Source of the DNA: Octopus sinensis
Taxonomy: Eukaryota
Reading direction: 5' to 3'
Assembly: GCF_006345805.1 (NCBI RefSeq)
Contig: NW_021834401.1
Coordinates: 1 to 48,830, forward strand
Length of the DNA: 48,830 bases
The notes under the pieces are model-generated. The model searched no databases and was not told the origin of the DNA. It worked only from the letters and a program-made list of their open reading frames with translations. Position numbers and translations under genes: made by a program. Below, in pieces: positions 37,106 through 48,830 of the stretch; the stretch's first letter is position 1, and each line of letters begins with the position of its first letter.

Positions 37106-38586
37106 TATACATCACTATCAATCTATCAACATATTTATATATTTATCAACCTATCTGTCTCTGTCTTTCTATATATTACTGTAACTAACACCCATTAAAC
37201 GTCCATCGATCTTTCAATCTCTGCCTGTATCTATCTATCTTTCTACTTAGCCGCCTCTCGATCAATATTTCTATCAACCTATATATCAATATACTTATAA
37301 TCCTATAAGTCTATCTATAGACTTATAGATAGACTTATCTATCAATCTGCCTATTTGTCTGTCTAATCTTGCAATCCGTTTGTCTATTTATATATGTATA
37401 TATATCTCTCTGTATATTTATATATACATAAACTATGTAATTACCTACCAACCTACATAACTACCTGCTTTTCTACCTACCTACCTACCTTCCTACCTAC
37501 ATACCTACATATATACGTACATATTTACATACATACTTACATACTTATCTTTCTGCATTTCTCTGTATCAAATGCATTTAGATATTTGAAGGACAGAGAA
37601 TATGCGAAATGGACATTTTAAGGTGATTCAATAATGTTTGAACTACTTATGTATGTTTCATCATACGGGTAAAAAAAAAGGCCAGTCTATGGTATATTGT
37701 ATAGGTCGATCTGGTGTATGAAATGCGTAGTGACACCAATAATGCATCTTTTGCTAGCTATAATATTAATGCTAACAGAATGAATAAGATCGCTTTGAAT
37801 ATCAAAATATCCAACTACAACAACGTCGATACACCTCCTCACAAATACTGTGATTAGCTTGAAAATCGCGCGCTAAGCCCTGAGATAACAGCAATCATTC
37901 ATTGTTTGAAGTTCTAGGCAGGAGGCTAGCTGGCAGAATAGTGAGCACGTCGGCGAATTTCTTAGCAGTATTTCGCCCGTCGCTACGTTCTGAATTCAAG
38001 TTTCCTCGAGGTAGACTTTGCCTTTCATCTATTCGGGCCCGTTAGGATAAGTAGCAGTTTTGTACTGCGGTCGAGCTAATCGAATGGCCCCTTCCCAAAA
38101 TTTTCAGGTCTTCCGCCTTGAGTAGAAAAGTTTCTTTTCTACTCAATGCAATGTTAATTGCATTCATACGGCACCATATTTAGAGGAATTACATGTCTCC
38201 TTAATGTGCATTCCCAACAACCAAGAACCAGAGGTTTGGCTTGTTACATCTTTCTTAAATTCCTTAAATTTCCGCTGTTTTCTAGTCTCTGTACTTTGGA
38301 ATACTTAATAAAATATCTCTATATTTAAAGGTAACATTTTCATCGTCTCAAAGTTTCAACTCTTGCTTTTTCTCTGGTTGTATATATAGATATATACATA
38401 TATATTAGTTGATGTATTTAATGAATAGCATATACTTGATGTTCCTAATTACATTATTCGCTTAATTTCCTGTCAATATAATATATATATATATACTTTA
38501 TTTTAAGCAGCAGAAAATTCAACAAAATCTGTTACACTGAGTTTCTCGTTGCCGTTCATCAGAGTAACAGATTTTGTTGAATTTTC

Positions 38587-38625
<39 letters not shown>

Positions 38626-38934
38626 TATTTAAAAAATGAGAAGTGGAACAAGAGTTGTGATATATAAAAAAGGAAATAAAGAAAATGCTGACGAAATAAT
38701 CTAAGTAATTTAAGTAATTTAATTAGGTGAAAGTTCTTTTTACCGGTTGCGCATTTATTATGCTTATGAGAGATAGATTTCCTTTCTGATAAGAGGAAAA
38801 AAATCTATCAGAAAGGAACTTTATCTCTCTTACGAAAATATATTTCAATAAGCATAACAAATGCGCAACCGGTAATATCACCTAATTAAATTGCATAAAT
38901 TACTTAAATTATTTTGTCAGCTTTTTCTTTATTT

Positions 38935-38991
<57 letters not shown>

Positions 38992-41194
38992 ACACATAAT
39001 GATATAACACACGTACAGGTGCGCACACACGTGCACATTTACACACACACACAGACATATGATAACATTTTATATTATAATATAATATAAACCATATATG
39101 CTTGTCTGCAAGTAATAATGTGTAGGAAATGATTCCGAAACTGGTGGTCGTTATAAATTAATAACACACGTATTAGATATAATTGACATTTACTTGCCTT
39201 ATATATCAAACTCTTTTAGGAGCTATTACACTTTTCGCTTTAGCATTTATCTTTACTGTTTGTACACAGTAGGTAAATTAATTCACTTGTGCGATATAGG
39301 ATATTCACATATTTCAGATGTTTGATCATAGCTACGACTATGTAACATTAGTTCCGCTTGAGACGTATGGAGATTAGTGTTGATGTGAATGCTTACGTTC
39401 TCATTAGATTTTATAGATAAATTATGGAATCGTCTTAAGTGATCATATCGTAAATGAAATTTGAAAGCTTCGCTTTAAATTTTCAGTGGTTACAAAAACT
39501 TTTTGTCATGTTTCACTCGAGAGCTCCAATTGGAATGCCATACCAGCTTCAAGATTAATCACCGTTGCTACGATGTAAGTATCTTATTCTTCTTCCAAAT
39601 ATTTCTTCGATTATGCATAAATTTGAAACTGGTCTTAAACAAAATGAAACATTCGTCTATCAGCGCTCCTTATACATGGCACTGTAGAGAACTCTCTCCA
39701 ACAAAAATGTATATGTATATATAAATTTATATATACATATATATACATTTATATATACATATATACATTTATATATACATATATATATATATGCACAGAC
39801 ATGCAGGAAGCAAATCGACATCCTTAATTTTCAGAATCTTTACTTTTGTACGCAAAACTAACAATTGCAATGTAGTCGATAGATAGGACGACATACTTTA
39901 GTATTTAGTTGACATACTTTTTTCAGTTTTTATTCAGAAACTCTTTTGGCCGTTGAACTGATGATCTTTGGGCTTGTCTCTTGTGGAATTTCTATCCACT
40001 TTTCACGCAGCAATCGAAACAATTCATCTTTAGATTTAGGTTTCCTTTGTGTTTTCGTATAGCTCAATCTAGTATGCTACAGAAATTTTCAATTGGGTTC
40101 ATGTCAGGAGATTGGCTCGGCCAAGGAAGCTTTCCGATCCTATTTTCAGTCACCCATTGATGATACCTTTCCGCTCTGCTTCGTGGAGCCGAATCGTCCA
40201 TTAATAAAAATTCATTTTCCTTTGTGCAATCGTTTGAATAATTCGGAAGTAGCCGTTGCTGAATATTTCAATGTATTTTTCAGTGTTTATGGTTCAAATA
40301 CATTCGACCATCTCAGAACGACCATTGCTGGTGACAGCTCCACATACCATTACAGAGCTACCGCCATGTTTCACAGTTGGTTGGAGTCGTTTTAATAATC
40401 GAATTCTTGATTGGAAAACATCCAGACCCAAACACGTCCACTGTCTGAGAATAATGCAAATCTGGATTCATCTGAGAAAATCAGTCTAACCCAAAATTAA
40501 CTGGATTTCTCTGACATATCCTTAGCCCATTTCATTTCTTTCTTGATATTAATTGTTTGAAGGGGAGGTTTTCTTCTAGATACTCGTCAATAATACTTTA
40601 GCTTATGCAGATATGTAACACACATTCTCTTGGAGTAACTTCTAGGTTTTTTGTACTGTCAGAAGCCTTCGAAAGGGGTTCATTTGCCACAATTGTCTTC
40701 AAACACTGAATCATCCATTCCGAGTGCCTAGATTTGGCCGGGACGAAAATAAGTTGATTCTTCTCTTTGGCTTTTGATTTGCGCTATAAAACTATTAACA
40801 TTCGAAAGAGCATTTTGAAGATTTTCGGCAATTGTTTGCTGGCTAAGACCAGTCTCAAATTGACGAACAATACGAACTCCTTGAAAACCTGGCAGTTCTG
40901 CTGAATGTTTGTGTGTAACATGGTAATTCTTCGGTAATGATTAATATAATGGCGCCTGGGACGAAAAACAAATAGTCACGTTGTCAATTGTACACCGTTG
41001 AAAATATATTAAGACGCTTAGGTCCGAAATTTTGAAAATTAAAGGTGTCTATTTACATCTAGCATGTCTAAACGTATGCGTATTTTTAACCCTAATTAGA
41101 AGATTGCATTATTTTACAACATGATATATATTTGTGTGTGTGTTAGTGTGTTTGTGATAGTGTGTGTGTTTGTGAATATGTTCATATATACATA

Positions 41195-41225
<31 letters not shown>

Positions 41226-42284
41226 ATATAAATATGTATACACACATATGTGTGAATGTGTTTTTGTCCCCATTACCGGTGTCCTTGTTTCAGGGCCCGT
41301 AAACTTGGTGTACAGCAAGATGCAATGTTTGATTAAATTCCAAGCATAAACTGCAAAATAAATTCGACTAACGTTTCTTGATGTGGTGACATGTCATAGA
41401 CTGAGTCTAAAGACTGAAACAAAATAGAAGATACAAAAGCACAGCAAAGCAAATTTCTTCGCTCAGATGTTACAGCTTCAGATTTGAATAAACTTAATAT
41501 CGCAAAAATATATTCAGTTCTGATATCTTAAAGAAAATTCTGAAAGATGTTTCTTATTGTTGTATCTTGCAGAATTTCATGATGTAGAGTTTACAAAAAG
41601 CCTAACAGGGTCGTTTATGTATAAACCCTAAATTTATTTTTAGTTTTTATGTATCTCACACCATTGGATGAAACAAATCTAATTCAGGAAGTGCGTTACA
41701 TTGAGCCTATTAATTTCTTCTAACGCAAATGGGATTATGATAACCCCAAACAAATCTGCTCTAGGTAAATAAAATGTTATTGGTAATAATTTCACATTCA
41801 TCCTATTCGTATTTTCTTTCAGGGCAAATAAAAATTCCAGAAACAATGCTAAGGTACGTAATTTCATGTGATTCAATATTTATAACAATGATTAAAATCT
41901 TACAGTGGGTAGCCCAGCGGTAGATGTGTTTCAATATATAACACGTAGGTATCATCAGGGATGTACAGATTGGACCCAATTCGCACTGATTTACGGTACG
42001 GCATTCTCTGCCTTCTATCAAGCTAAAAACTTTTAACTGGCCAGATGCTACATCTTTCTCTCATTTACCCACTTGTTTCTTCGGCAAATAATGCATAGTT
42101 TTGTTAGGCAAGCTCCGAAGCATTTGATAAATGTAAATATATTTTAAGGAAATATTTGCATAACTCTTACCACAATACTTTCCCCCATTTCTACATAACC
42201 TTTTCCCTATTCATTTTATAGATGGTATCCCCGATATCGAAAATCCGTACTGCACTTCTGGTGATTTTACTTAAGAACTACTAA
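32070..42284 (+). CDS. Gene B, complete spliced model join(32070..32106,36669..36789,39487..39574,42222..42284); 102 aa small secreted Cys-rich protein: [102 protein letters not shown]
   Basis: All junctions are GT-AG, intron phases 1/2/0 are compatible and there are no internal stops. Hydrophobic N-terminus; AATAAA at 42284-42289. Exons 2-4 have positional, same-phase homologues in copy A; exon 1 has a homologue in copy C. Family not recognised. Confidence 0.8.
36120..36512. mobile_element. MITE-like element with about 90-bp imperfect terminal inverted repeats
   Basis: 36124-36207 is the approximate reverse complement of 36424-36511; absent from the paralogous position in copy A. Confidence 0.7.
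36669..36789 (+). CDS. Gene B coding exon 2 ([40 protein letters not shown], 4 Cys)
   Basis: Acceptor ttctttttcactttctag, donor GTAAGA, 121 nt, phase 1 to 2, open frame. Homologous to 9206-9308. Confidence 0.85.
37916..38130 (+). mobile_element. SINE of a second family (GCTGGCAGAA head)
   Basis: Head with TTCTGAATTCAAG B-box-like motif and GACTTTGCCTTTCATC core; absent from copy A. Minus-strand head fragments occur at about 34610-34695 and 46298-46383. Confidence 0.75.
38670..38938. repeat. Nested foldback (about 90-bp outer arms plus about 24-bp inner arms)
   Basis: 38670-38767 vs reverse complement of 38847-38938; inner gagagatagatttcctttctgata / tatcagaaaggaactttatctctc. Confidence 0.85.
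39487..39574 (+). CDS. Gene B coding exon 3 ([30 protein letters not shown], 3 Cys)
   Basis: Acceptor ctttaaattttcag, donor GTAAGT, 88 nt, phase 2 to 0. Same length and Cys positions as 15210-15297. Confidence 0.85.
39795..41071 (-). mobile_element. Decayed Tc1-like transposon with about 45-bp degenerate TIRs
   Basis: [14 protein letters not shown]...INTEKYIEI on the minus strand; agacatgcaggaagcaaatcgacatccttaattttc pairs with the reverse complement of 41030-41069. Confidence 0.85.
42222..42284 (+). CDS. Gene B terminal coding exon ([20 protein letters not shown]-stop)
   Basis: Acceptor ccctattcattttatag; phase-0 frame is open and the same length as 18182-18244; AATAAA follows; about 600 bp of downstream sequence is conserved with copy A. 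Confidence 0.7.
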   Translation: MVSPISKIRTALLVILLKNY

Positions 42285-45200
42285 ATAAAATAAATACCGT
42301 AATGAAGATTCCTGTTTTAGTGTTGTATTTCTTTTGATATTCTAAATATCTGAAATATGTCTTCAATAAATTATACTTTCATATTTGCATTAAAATTGTT
42401 TGATATCTGAATATTTATCAAAATGTACGGATTAACACATATTAACGTTTGAGTTTCATTTCAAAGACAGAATGTATTAATTATTCTTTGCCATAGCATT
42501 TACTAGTTGCTGAAACAACACTTATACATATTGAAATAAAGGTATCCAAATGAGTTTAGGTAAAGATAAGTTTGAAAATCTAAGCTGAGTTATTTTTTTA
42601 TATTTAATGTGTAAAACTTCGTCACACATTTTCTGTTGTGATATCGGAATCTCACGAAATATGTTTCATAAGTATTTGTCAATTATACCGGAAGTATAAT
42701 ACACATTAATATCTGAGTATCATTTTCATGACTTTTGTTAAAGAACTCAAATATTCCCCGTTAGATTTTTACACAACGTATCATACAGGAATAGGTTTAT
42801 AATTCCACCACCTGCAAACTGAATACTTCAACTTAATAATGTAGGACAATTTTAAGATGATGTAATCAAATAATTCTGTTGTACACACACACTCACGCAT
42901 CTACACATACATATATACACAGTATCATACACACACACCTACGTACACGGACACACATAAATGGGCACATACACAAACATTGTCATCAGGGAAAACTACA
43001 GTGGCCACAAAGGTTTAAATAACGGCAATATTAGTGGTAGGAGAGACACTTCAGAGAACAAATTTCGCTGGTGCGCGAAAACAACGAATTACCTCACACT
43101 GTCTCTAATTAGCAACGAAGAAACTTAACACAAGCGAAGAAATTTATTTATGCAACGGTGAGGACAATGCAAGTTGCCTCGCAATCCTAGATTTTTGTTA
43201 TAACTAGGAAGACGATGGCTATCTTTGGGCATGTCGGTAAAAACCGCACCCCTAGCAGCAACTGAGGCCTAGCTGGATCTTGCTCTAGAAGACATGTGGG
43301 TAGATGTAAGACATGTCACCAGAACGTGGAGATTTTCTCAATTACTCAAATAGCTACGGTTTACAACAGGCTGGAAGGTATATCAGCCGAAACGTTGTGA
43401 TAACAACAAACAAGTTGAGGACAAATATCCGTCGAATGTAAATAATGTAAATGAGTGTAGAAACGTATCTTTTAGTAAACTTGGAACAGTTTGTATTCTC
43501 ATCAAAATGTTGGAGGAAATAGCCGTAGCCCGAAAAGATCTCAACGGAAAGTGATGCAAAGTAGAAATGGAAAGTAGCAAGTAGAGGAAGCTGAGAAAAG
43601 AGCAGCAAGGCAAAGGCCAATTCCAACCCCAACTACCGAGCATACAGCAGCAGCATGCACGACACACACACTAGTCAAAACAAAACAAAAATAACAGGGC
43701 AAAACTTTTAACAGTTTTTAGGAGCAACACAATTATGACAGCCTCAACTACAGCACACCGTACAATATGAAAAACAGGAAAATCCGGAACTCCACCACTT
43801 CCGACTACACTAACCTCAGCGAAAAGAAAACAAACACAGCAGACGACTCATCAAAATAAAATAGCTTCAATAAATAAAAACACACTATCACGAAATTGCT
43901 TGCTGTTAAAGGGGACAAAAATATATTCTGATATCCTTAGAGGAAAAAGGGGGTAAAAATTTATTGGAAGGTTTCCTGAGGTCAGCCCTTTCTAGGTTGA
44001 AATTTTCAAATAAATGAGACTGGAATACCGTACATCCATTGTGTAAGTGTTCTGAGCATAAACTGTAAGCTCCTAAATGCTGTCCTCAATGTGTACCGTA
44101 AATCAATGAATGCCGAATGAAACTCTCTCCGACACTCCGTTTTGGCATCTGGTTTACTTTTCTCCTCTTTATCTTTCAGCAACTATAATGCATTTATCAA
44201 ATAATGGCCTTGTGCGAGCTTGAATCCAATGAGGGTTGCTCAGTGGCCTCCGGTCGCTACATTTAGAACTGATTGCTACCAGATACACTAGGATTTCAGA
44301 CACACACAGGCACAAACACACACAAACACTTATTTATACACGCATACACACACACACGGGCACATATATGTGTTTATTTTAAAGTCTCTATATACATATA
44401 TGGATGCATAATCACGTTCGAAGTGCGATGTCGTTTCGGACTCTCATAAAACACTGATGGTCTTTCTAGACGTGGAATTAAATTTAATAAAACTAAATGT
44501 CAATACGAGCGAATGTCGATGCCTGAAGTTTACATACCATGTAAGTCCACCTGAGGTGAGACAGCTGGAATCCCCAGGTGATTGGTATCCTTCCTGAGTA
44601 TCTCGCGCTACTTTATTTTTACCAGTCGATTAGGAAACCTAACTGCTTACTGGCTCAACTTCTCCATCATTTTAACCAGCTTCAAGAGGTTATAAATTCC
44701 CTTGAAAAATCACTCATATGTTTACCAATTAGCTGTCATGTACCGACATAATTCCCAAATGCGCCACTATAACTATGGGCAAAGAGTAATGTGAATATCC
44801 AGAAAGATTCTGTAAACTAATGAATCAATTGTGGTAGTAGAGTTGGTTCAGAATTCTAAAAACCTCGGTTTAATTGGTTGATTGTGCTCTCACGTTCGCT
44901 AATTGGTCAGATTTAATGGCCACCTGACCGAAACTCTCAGTATCATGCGGTCTCTCTACTAAATATGAATGCTAACATCTGTTTGGTTGGTAATGAATGA
45001 AGAGCTACCACTGCAGCAGCCAGAGATATCAACAAGCATTCAAGAGAAGAACGATGAGAGGTCTGTGTTTTCGTATGCCGTAAGCATCATAATAATAATG
45101 CTAGGTACCATACAGTCCATGGTGATCGACACGAACGATAGAAAACGAAACAATGACAGGAGCGATGCTAGGCCTTGGATAGACTAACCATTTATATTAC

Positions 45201-45419
45201 TCATGATTTAGTTTGGTGAGATATTCAAGCGAAGAACAACAGAAAAGGGATGACCATCAGAGTGTTACACAGACATGTTTAATCTGAAATCCTATTCCTG
45301 AATAGATGATCGGTGAATGTCTGTATCACAACCGTCGACTGTATCAACAACATCATCATTATCATCGTCATCATCATCATCATTATCATGATCAGAACAA
45401 TTAATATTTTATAAAAAAT

Positions 45420-46865
45420 TCGCGTTCATTTCTAACAATTATTCTCTCGATAAATTTTTGACTAATGTGTTTTAATATGCAGATGCGAAAAGCGAAGCTA
45501 TGGAATATTCTGTTTAGTATGAATTTACGAAGTACCTATGAAATAGCATTCATACTAGCTCAGCGCTATTACATTTAGATTTAGCATGGCCATACATCGA
45601 CAGCAAATCAATTCTGAATATGGTACAATCTCACATAAACCGTACAAACGTCTCAAATATTGTGCAATATATATAAAAAATACAAAACGGTTAGAAAGAC
45701 CGTGCACTCTGAATAAAACACCTGTAACATTATATTGCATCATTTAAGATAAGGAGGAAGTGAATTGAGGAGAGACAAACAAACGAGGAAGTGAAACATA
45801 CATAGTCGGAATTAGTATTTTACAGGAAAAGCCATGCTAAGTATATCTATCTTTATTGCTCTTCTCATATCTGTAAGTAATATTATTTCATTATCAGGAG
45901 GCGTAAGATCTAAAGTGCAATACATTCAAGAATATATACATATATATATATATGTATAAATATATATATTTTGGGGAAAACAAGAATATCCTTGTGGAGA
46001 GCCTTACTACATGCTTTCAGATAGGCCCATAAAGACACAGCGAAATGTGATTGTATTCCTACCCCAATTCATTTAGATACATATTGCTCAAGTATTAATG
46101 AATAAGCCTGATAAATAATTAACAACAACAAAAGTAAATTAACTCAAAAGGAAAAAGAAGAAAAAAAGCCGAAATCAAGTTAATTAAAGGTGTAACATAA
46201 TTTATAATAAAAGTTAAATTTACCTATTTCAACAGAATTTTGAAAATAATACATCAAATATTTCATTTAAACAACAAAATATACAAAATATAAAGATGAC
46301 CTTCGCGGAAATTGAACTCAGAAAGTAGAGACAGGTACAAATCCGTAAAGAATTTCGCCCGGTGCCGTAGCATTTCTGCCAGCATTTCTTCCATTCTACA
46401 TTAAAGACATTCGTTTTTATAATATAGAATTATTGCGTTAAGCGTTACTCTTTACTGACTTCATCACGTACATATTTTACATTTCATAACATTTTACCTC
46501 ATAACATTATCTCTACTAAGTTTGGTAAAAGCGTCGAGCGACTCTCAATTCCTCCTGTATTTTTCAATAATTTTAGCCTATGGAAATTAGACATTTATTT
46601 AGATTTGAAAAATGATGTGTTAAATGAAAATGAAAACCTACATTACTGCCCACCTTGAAGACTCACATATTTTCATGTAGCCTTTGTACGGAACCAAATC
46701 TCAAACTATATATGCCAAATTTATAAAGTAGCTAAGGAGGTGTCCTCTTTAAATATTTTAACACTTTTGCTGAGAAATGAATAAGTGGTGAATCTTGGAA
46801 CCAGCTGCAATTGACGAAATTGTTGACTTAAAATATATTCAACCACGGCCTTGGTTAATGATATG
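45420..46865 (+). repeat. Segmental duplication copy C (5' part)
   Basis: 45420-45960 matches 31650-32180; 46030-46865 matches 34330-35140, including a shared minus-strand SINE fragment. Confidence 0.85.
45834..45872 (+). CDS. Gene C signal-peptide exon ([13 protein letters not shown]); the remaining exons presumably lie beyond the window
   Basis: Homologous to B exon 1 within a shared block (45420-45960 vs 31650-32180); donor GTAAGT at 45873. Ends in phase 0, whereas B ends in phase 1. Confidence 0.6.
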
Positions 46866-46869
46866 TACA

Positions 46870-47041
<172 letters not shown>

Positions 47042-47126
47042 TATTAGAGACAAAACCACTATTTTGCAAAACAAACAAGGAAAGACTTAATCAATACATA
47101 AGATTTAATAAATAGTCAAAAAACCG

Positions 47127-47169
47127 CCACTACAATCGTTTCTTGTCTTGACCGACAATCTTCAGGTGG
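47127..47169 (-). ncRNA. Minimal type I hammerhead motif
   Basis: ccac-CTGAAGA-TTGTC(ggtcaa)GACAA-GAAA-CGATTGT-A-gtgg; core complete, stem III short and quasi-palindromic. Confidence 0.65.
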
Positions 47170-47619
47170 ACTTCCAATCTAAAAAATCAATATTTTAAAA
47201 TATTAAAATAATAATTTTAAAATAATTAAAGTATGAATGAAAAAATATAAGTATATAATCCATATATAACCTATATATATCCATATATAATCATATATAA
47301 ACAATATATAAACTAAAAAAACCTATCAACAATTAAATATAAAATATAAAATATAAAATATAAAATATAAAATATAAAACAAAACAAAAAAATAATAATA
47401 ATATAATAATAAACAATATATACACCCATACACATATACCTAATTATATATAACCATATCTAACTACATACACTAATCACACACACCTATATATATATCC
47501 CTATACATACACATAAAACGTCTAGGCAACTATAAATAAATAAAATAGCTAAATACTTCAACACAATACTTATTCATACTCCCACACACACACACATACA
47601 CAAACAACCCACATACACG

Positions 47620-48760
47620 CTCTAGAAAACGGACATCACTCAAAACTATGAACGGAGAAATGGAATAAATGGAATTAAAAATTATATTCACTTGGTAAAA
47701 CGAACACTACTTAAAAATTATGAATGAAACAATGCAATTAAAAACAACAGACATCGCAAATAGACACAAATTACTACGAATTCCTTAAAAAAACCTACCA
47801 TGATAAACCAAAACTCATAAAAACATATAATGAAAAAATCTCCCTTTACTAAACTCTATAACAAACCTATATAGCAATCCCACTAACCTAAACATCACAC
47901 ACAAATACACACACGTAAACCACACACCCACGACATATACAAATACCCACACCACTTACACATACTAATACATACATATAAACCTCAACATATACTCCAA
48001 AAACCCACTCAACCCCACACAGACAAATAAACACAAAAATTATGAATGGATTCTTTTATAAAACTACCATGATAAGCTAAAACTCACAAAACAAAATGAT
48101 AAAAACCTCCCTTTACTAAACACTATAACATACTTATATAGCAATCCTTTAACCTATACATTTACACACAAACCACATAAACCACACACCCATAACAATA
48201 CAAACACCCACCCCACTCACACACACCCACAAGTACAAATAAGCCTCAACATATACACCAAACAAAATTACTTTACCAAGGAACTTAACATATGTATAAA
48301 AAGTATAACCGCTCTGGAAACGAACATCTCTAAATTAATGAATGGAGAAATGGAATAAATGGAATTAAAAATATATTCACGTGGCAAAACGAACACCACT
48401 CAAAAATTATGAATGAAACAATGTAATAAAACTACCAACATCGAAAATAGACAAATTACCACGAATTCCCTAAAAGAACCATGATAAACCAAAACTCTTA
48501 AAAACATATAAGATAAAATCTCCCTTTGCTAAACTCTATAACAAACCTATATAGTAATCCCCCTAACCTAAACATTCACACACAAATACACACACGTAAA
48601 CCACAGACCCACGACTTATACACATACCTATACTAACTTATAAACCTCAATATACACCAAAACCCACCCCTCCCACACAGACAAATTAACAATAACATCC
48701 CAAAACCTAAATAACAAACCCATATACACATTCACACACAAACACCACACACACACGCAA
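47620..48760. repeat. Imperfect tandem direct repeats (about 690-bp period plus a partial unit), AC-rich
   Basis: 47620-48030 matches 48310-48700; a shorter unit lies at 48040-48270. Confidence 0.85.
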
Positions 48761-48830
48761 AAAAGTTTTTAGTTGTATAATTTATTTATCTGTATGAGTG
48801 TGGGTGTGTAAATATTGTTGTATATATCGA

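Larger units (their letters stand above)
31620..42850 (+). repeat. Segmental duplication copy B
   Basis: Collinear homology with copy A (from 32270 onward) and with copy C (31650-32180 and 34330-35140). Confidence 0.85.

Noticed and set aside
37305-37338. Perfect 15-bp hairpin
   Set aside because: Arises from juxtaposed CTAT/ATAG microsatellite units.
38286-38330. AG...GT-bounded 45-nt segment conserved with A 11043-11088
   Set aside because: Lengths differ (45 vs 46 nt), and the phase-2 frame hits a stop in B.
42222-42274. Phase-1 reading [17 protein letters not shown], which would supply an eighth Cys
   Set aside because: Exon 3 ends in phase 0 in both copies, this frame has a TAG in A, and no phase-converting exon was found.

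Overview
AT-rich, repeat-dense eukaryotic (animal) genomic DNA. The SINE families, (AT)n/(GATA)n microsatellites and LINE/Penelope content suggest a mollusc, probably an octopus-type cephalopod (inference). Most ORF-track entries are microsatellite artefacts or transposon fragments. The main result is missed by the ORF track: a + strand tandem array of three paralogous spliced genes, found by aligning duplicated blocks (A about 7.2-18.8 kb, B about 31.6-42.85 kb, C from about 45.4 kb). They encode small secreted cysteine-rich proteins. Copy B is complete (4 coding exons, 102 aa: signal peptide, Cys-rich domain, hydrophobic C-tail). Copy A has exons 2-4. Copy C shows only its signal exon. The Cys-domain exons have diverged more than the flanking non-coding DNA. 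Introns and spacers hold CR1-like, RTE, R4-like and Penelope retroelements, Tc1/mariner relics, SINEs, a MITE, a probable solo LTR, long foldbacks and several hammerhead-ribozyme motifs. All alignments and counts were done by eye.
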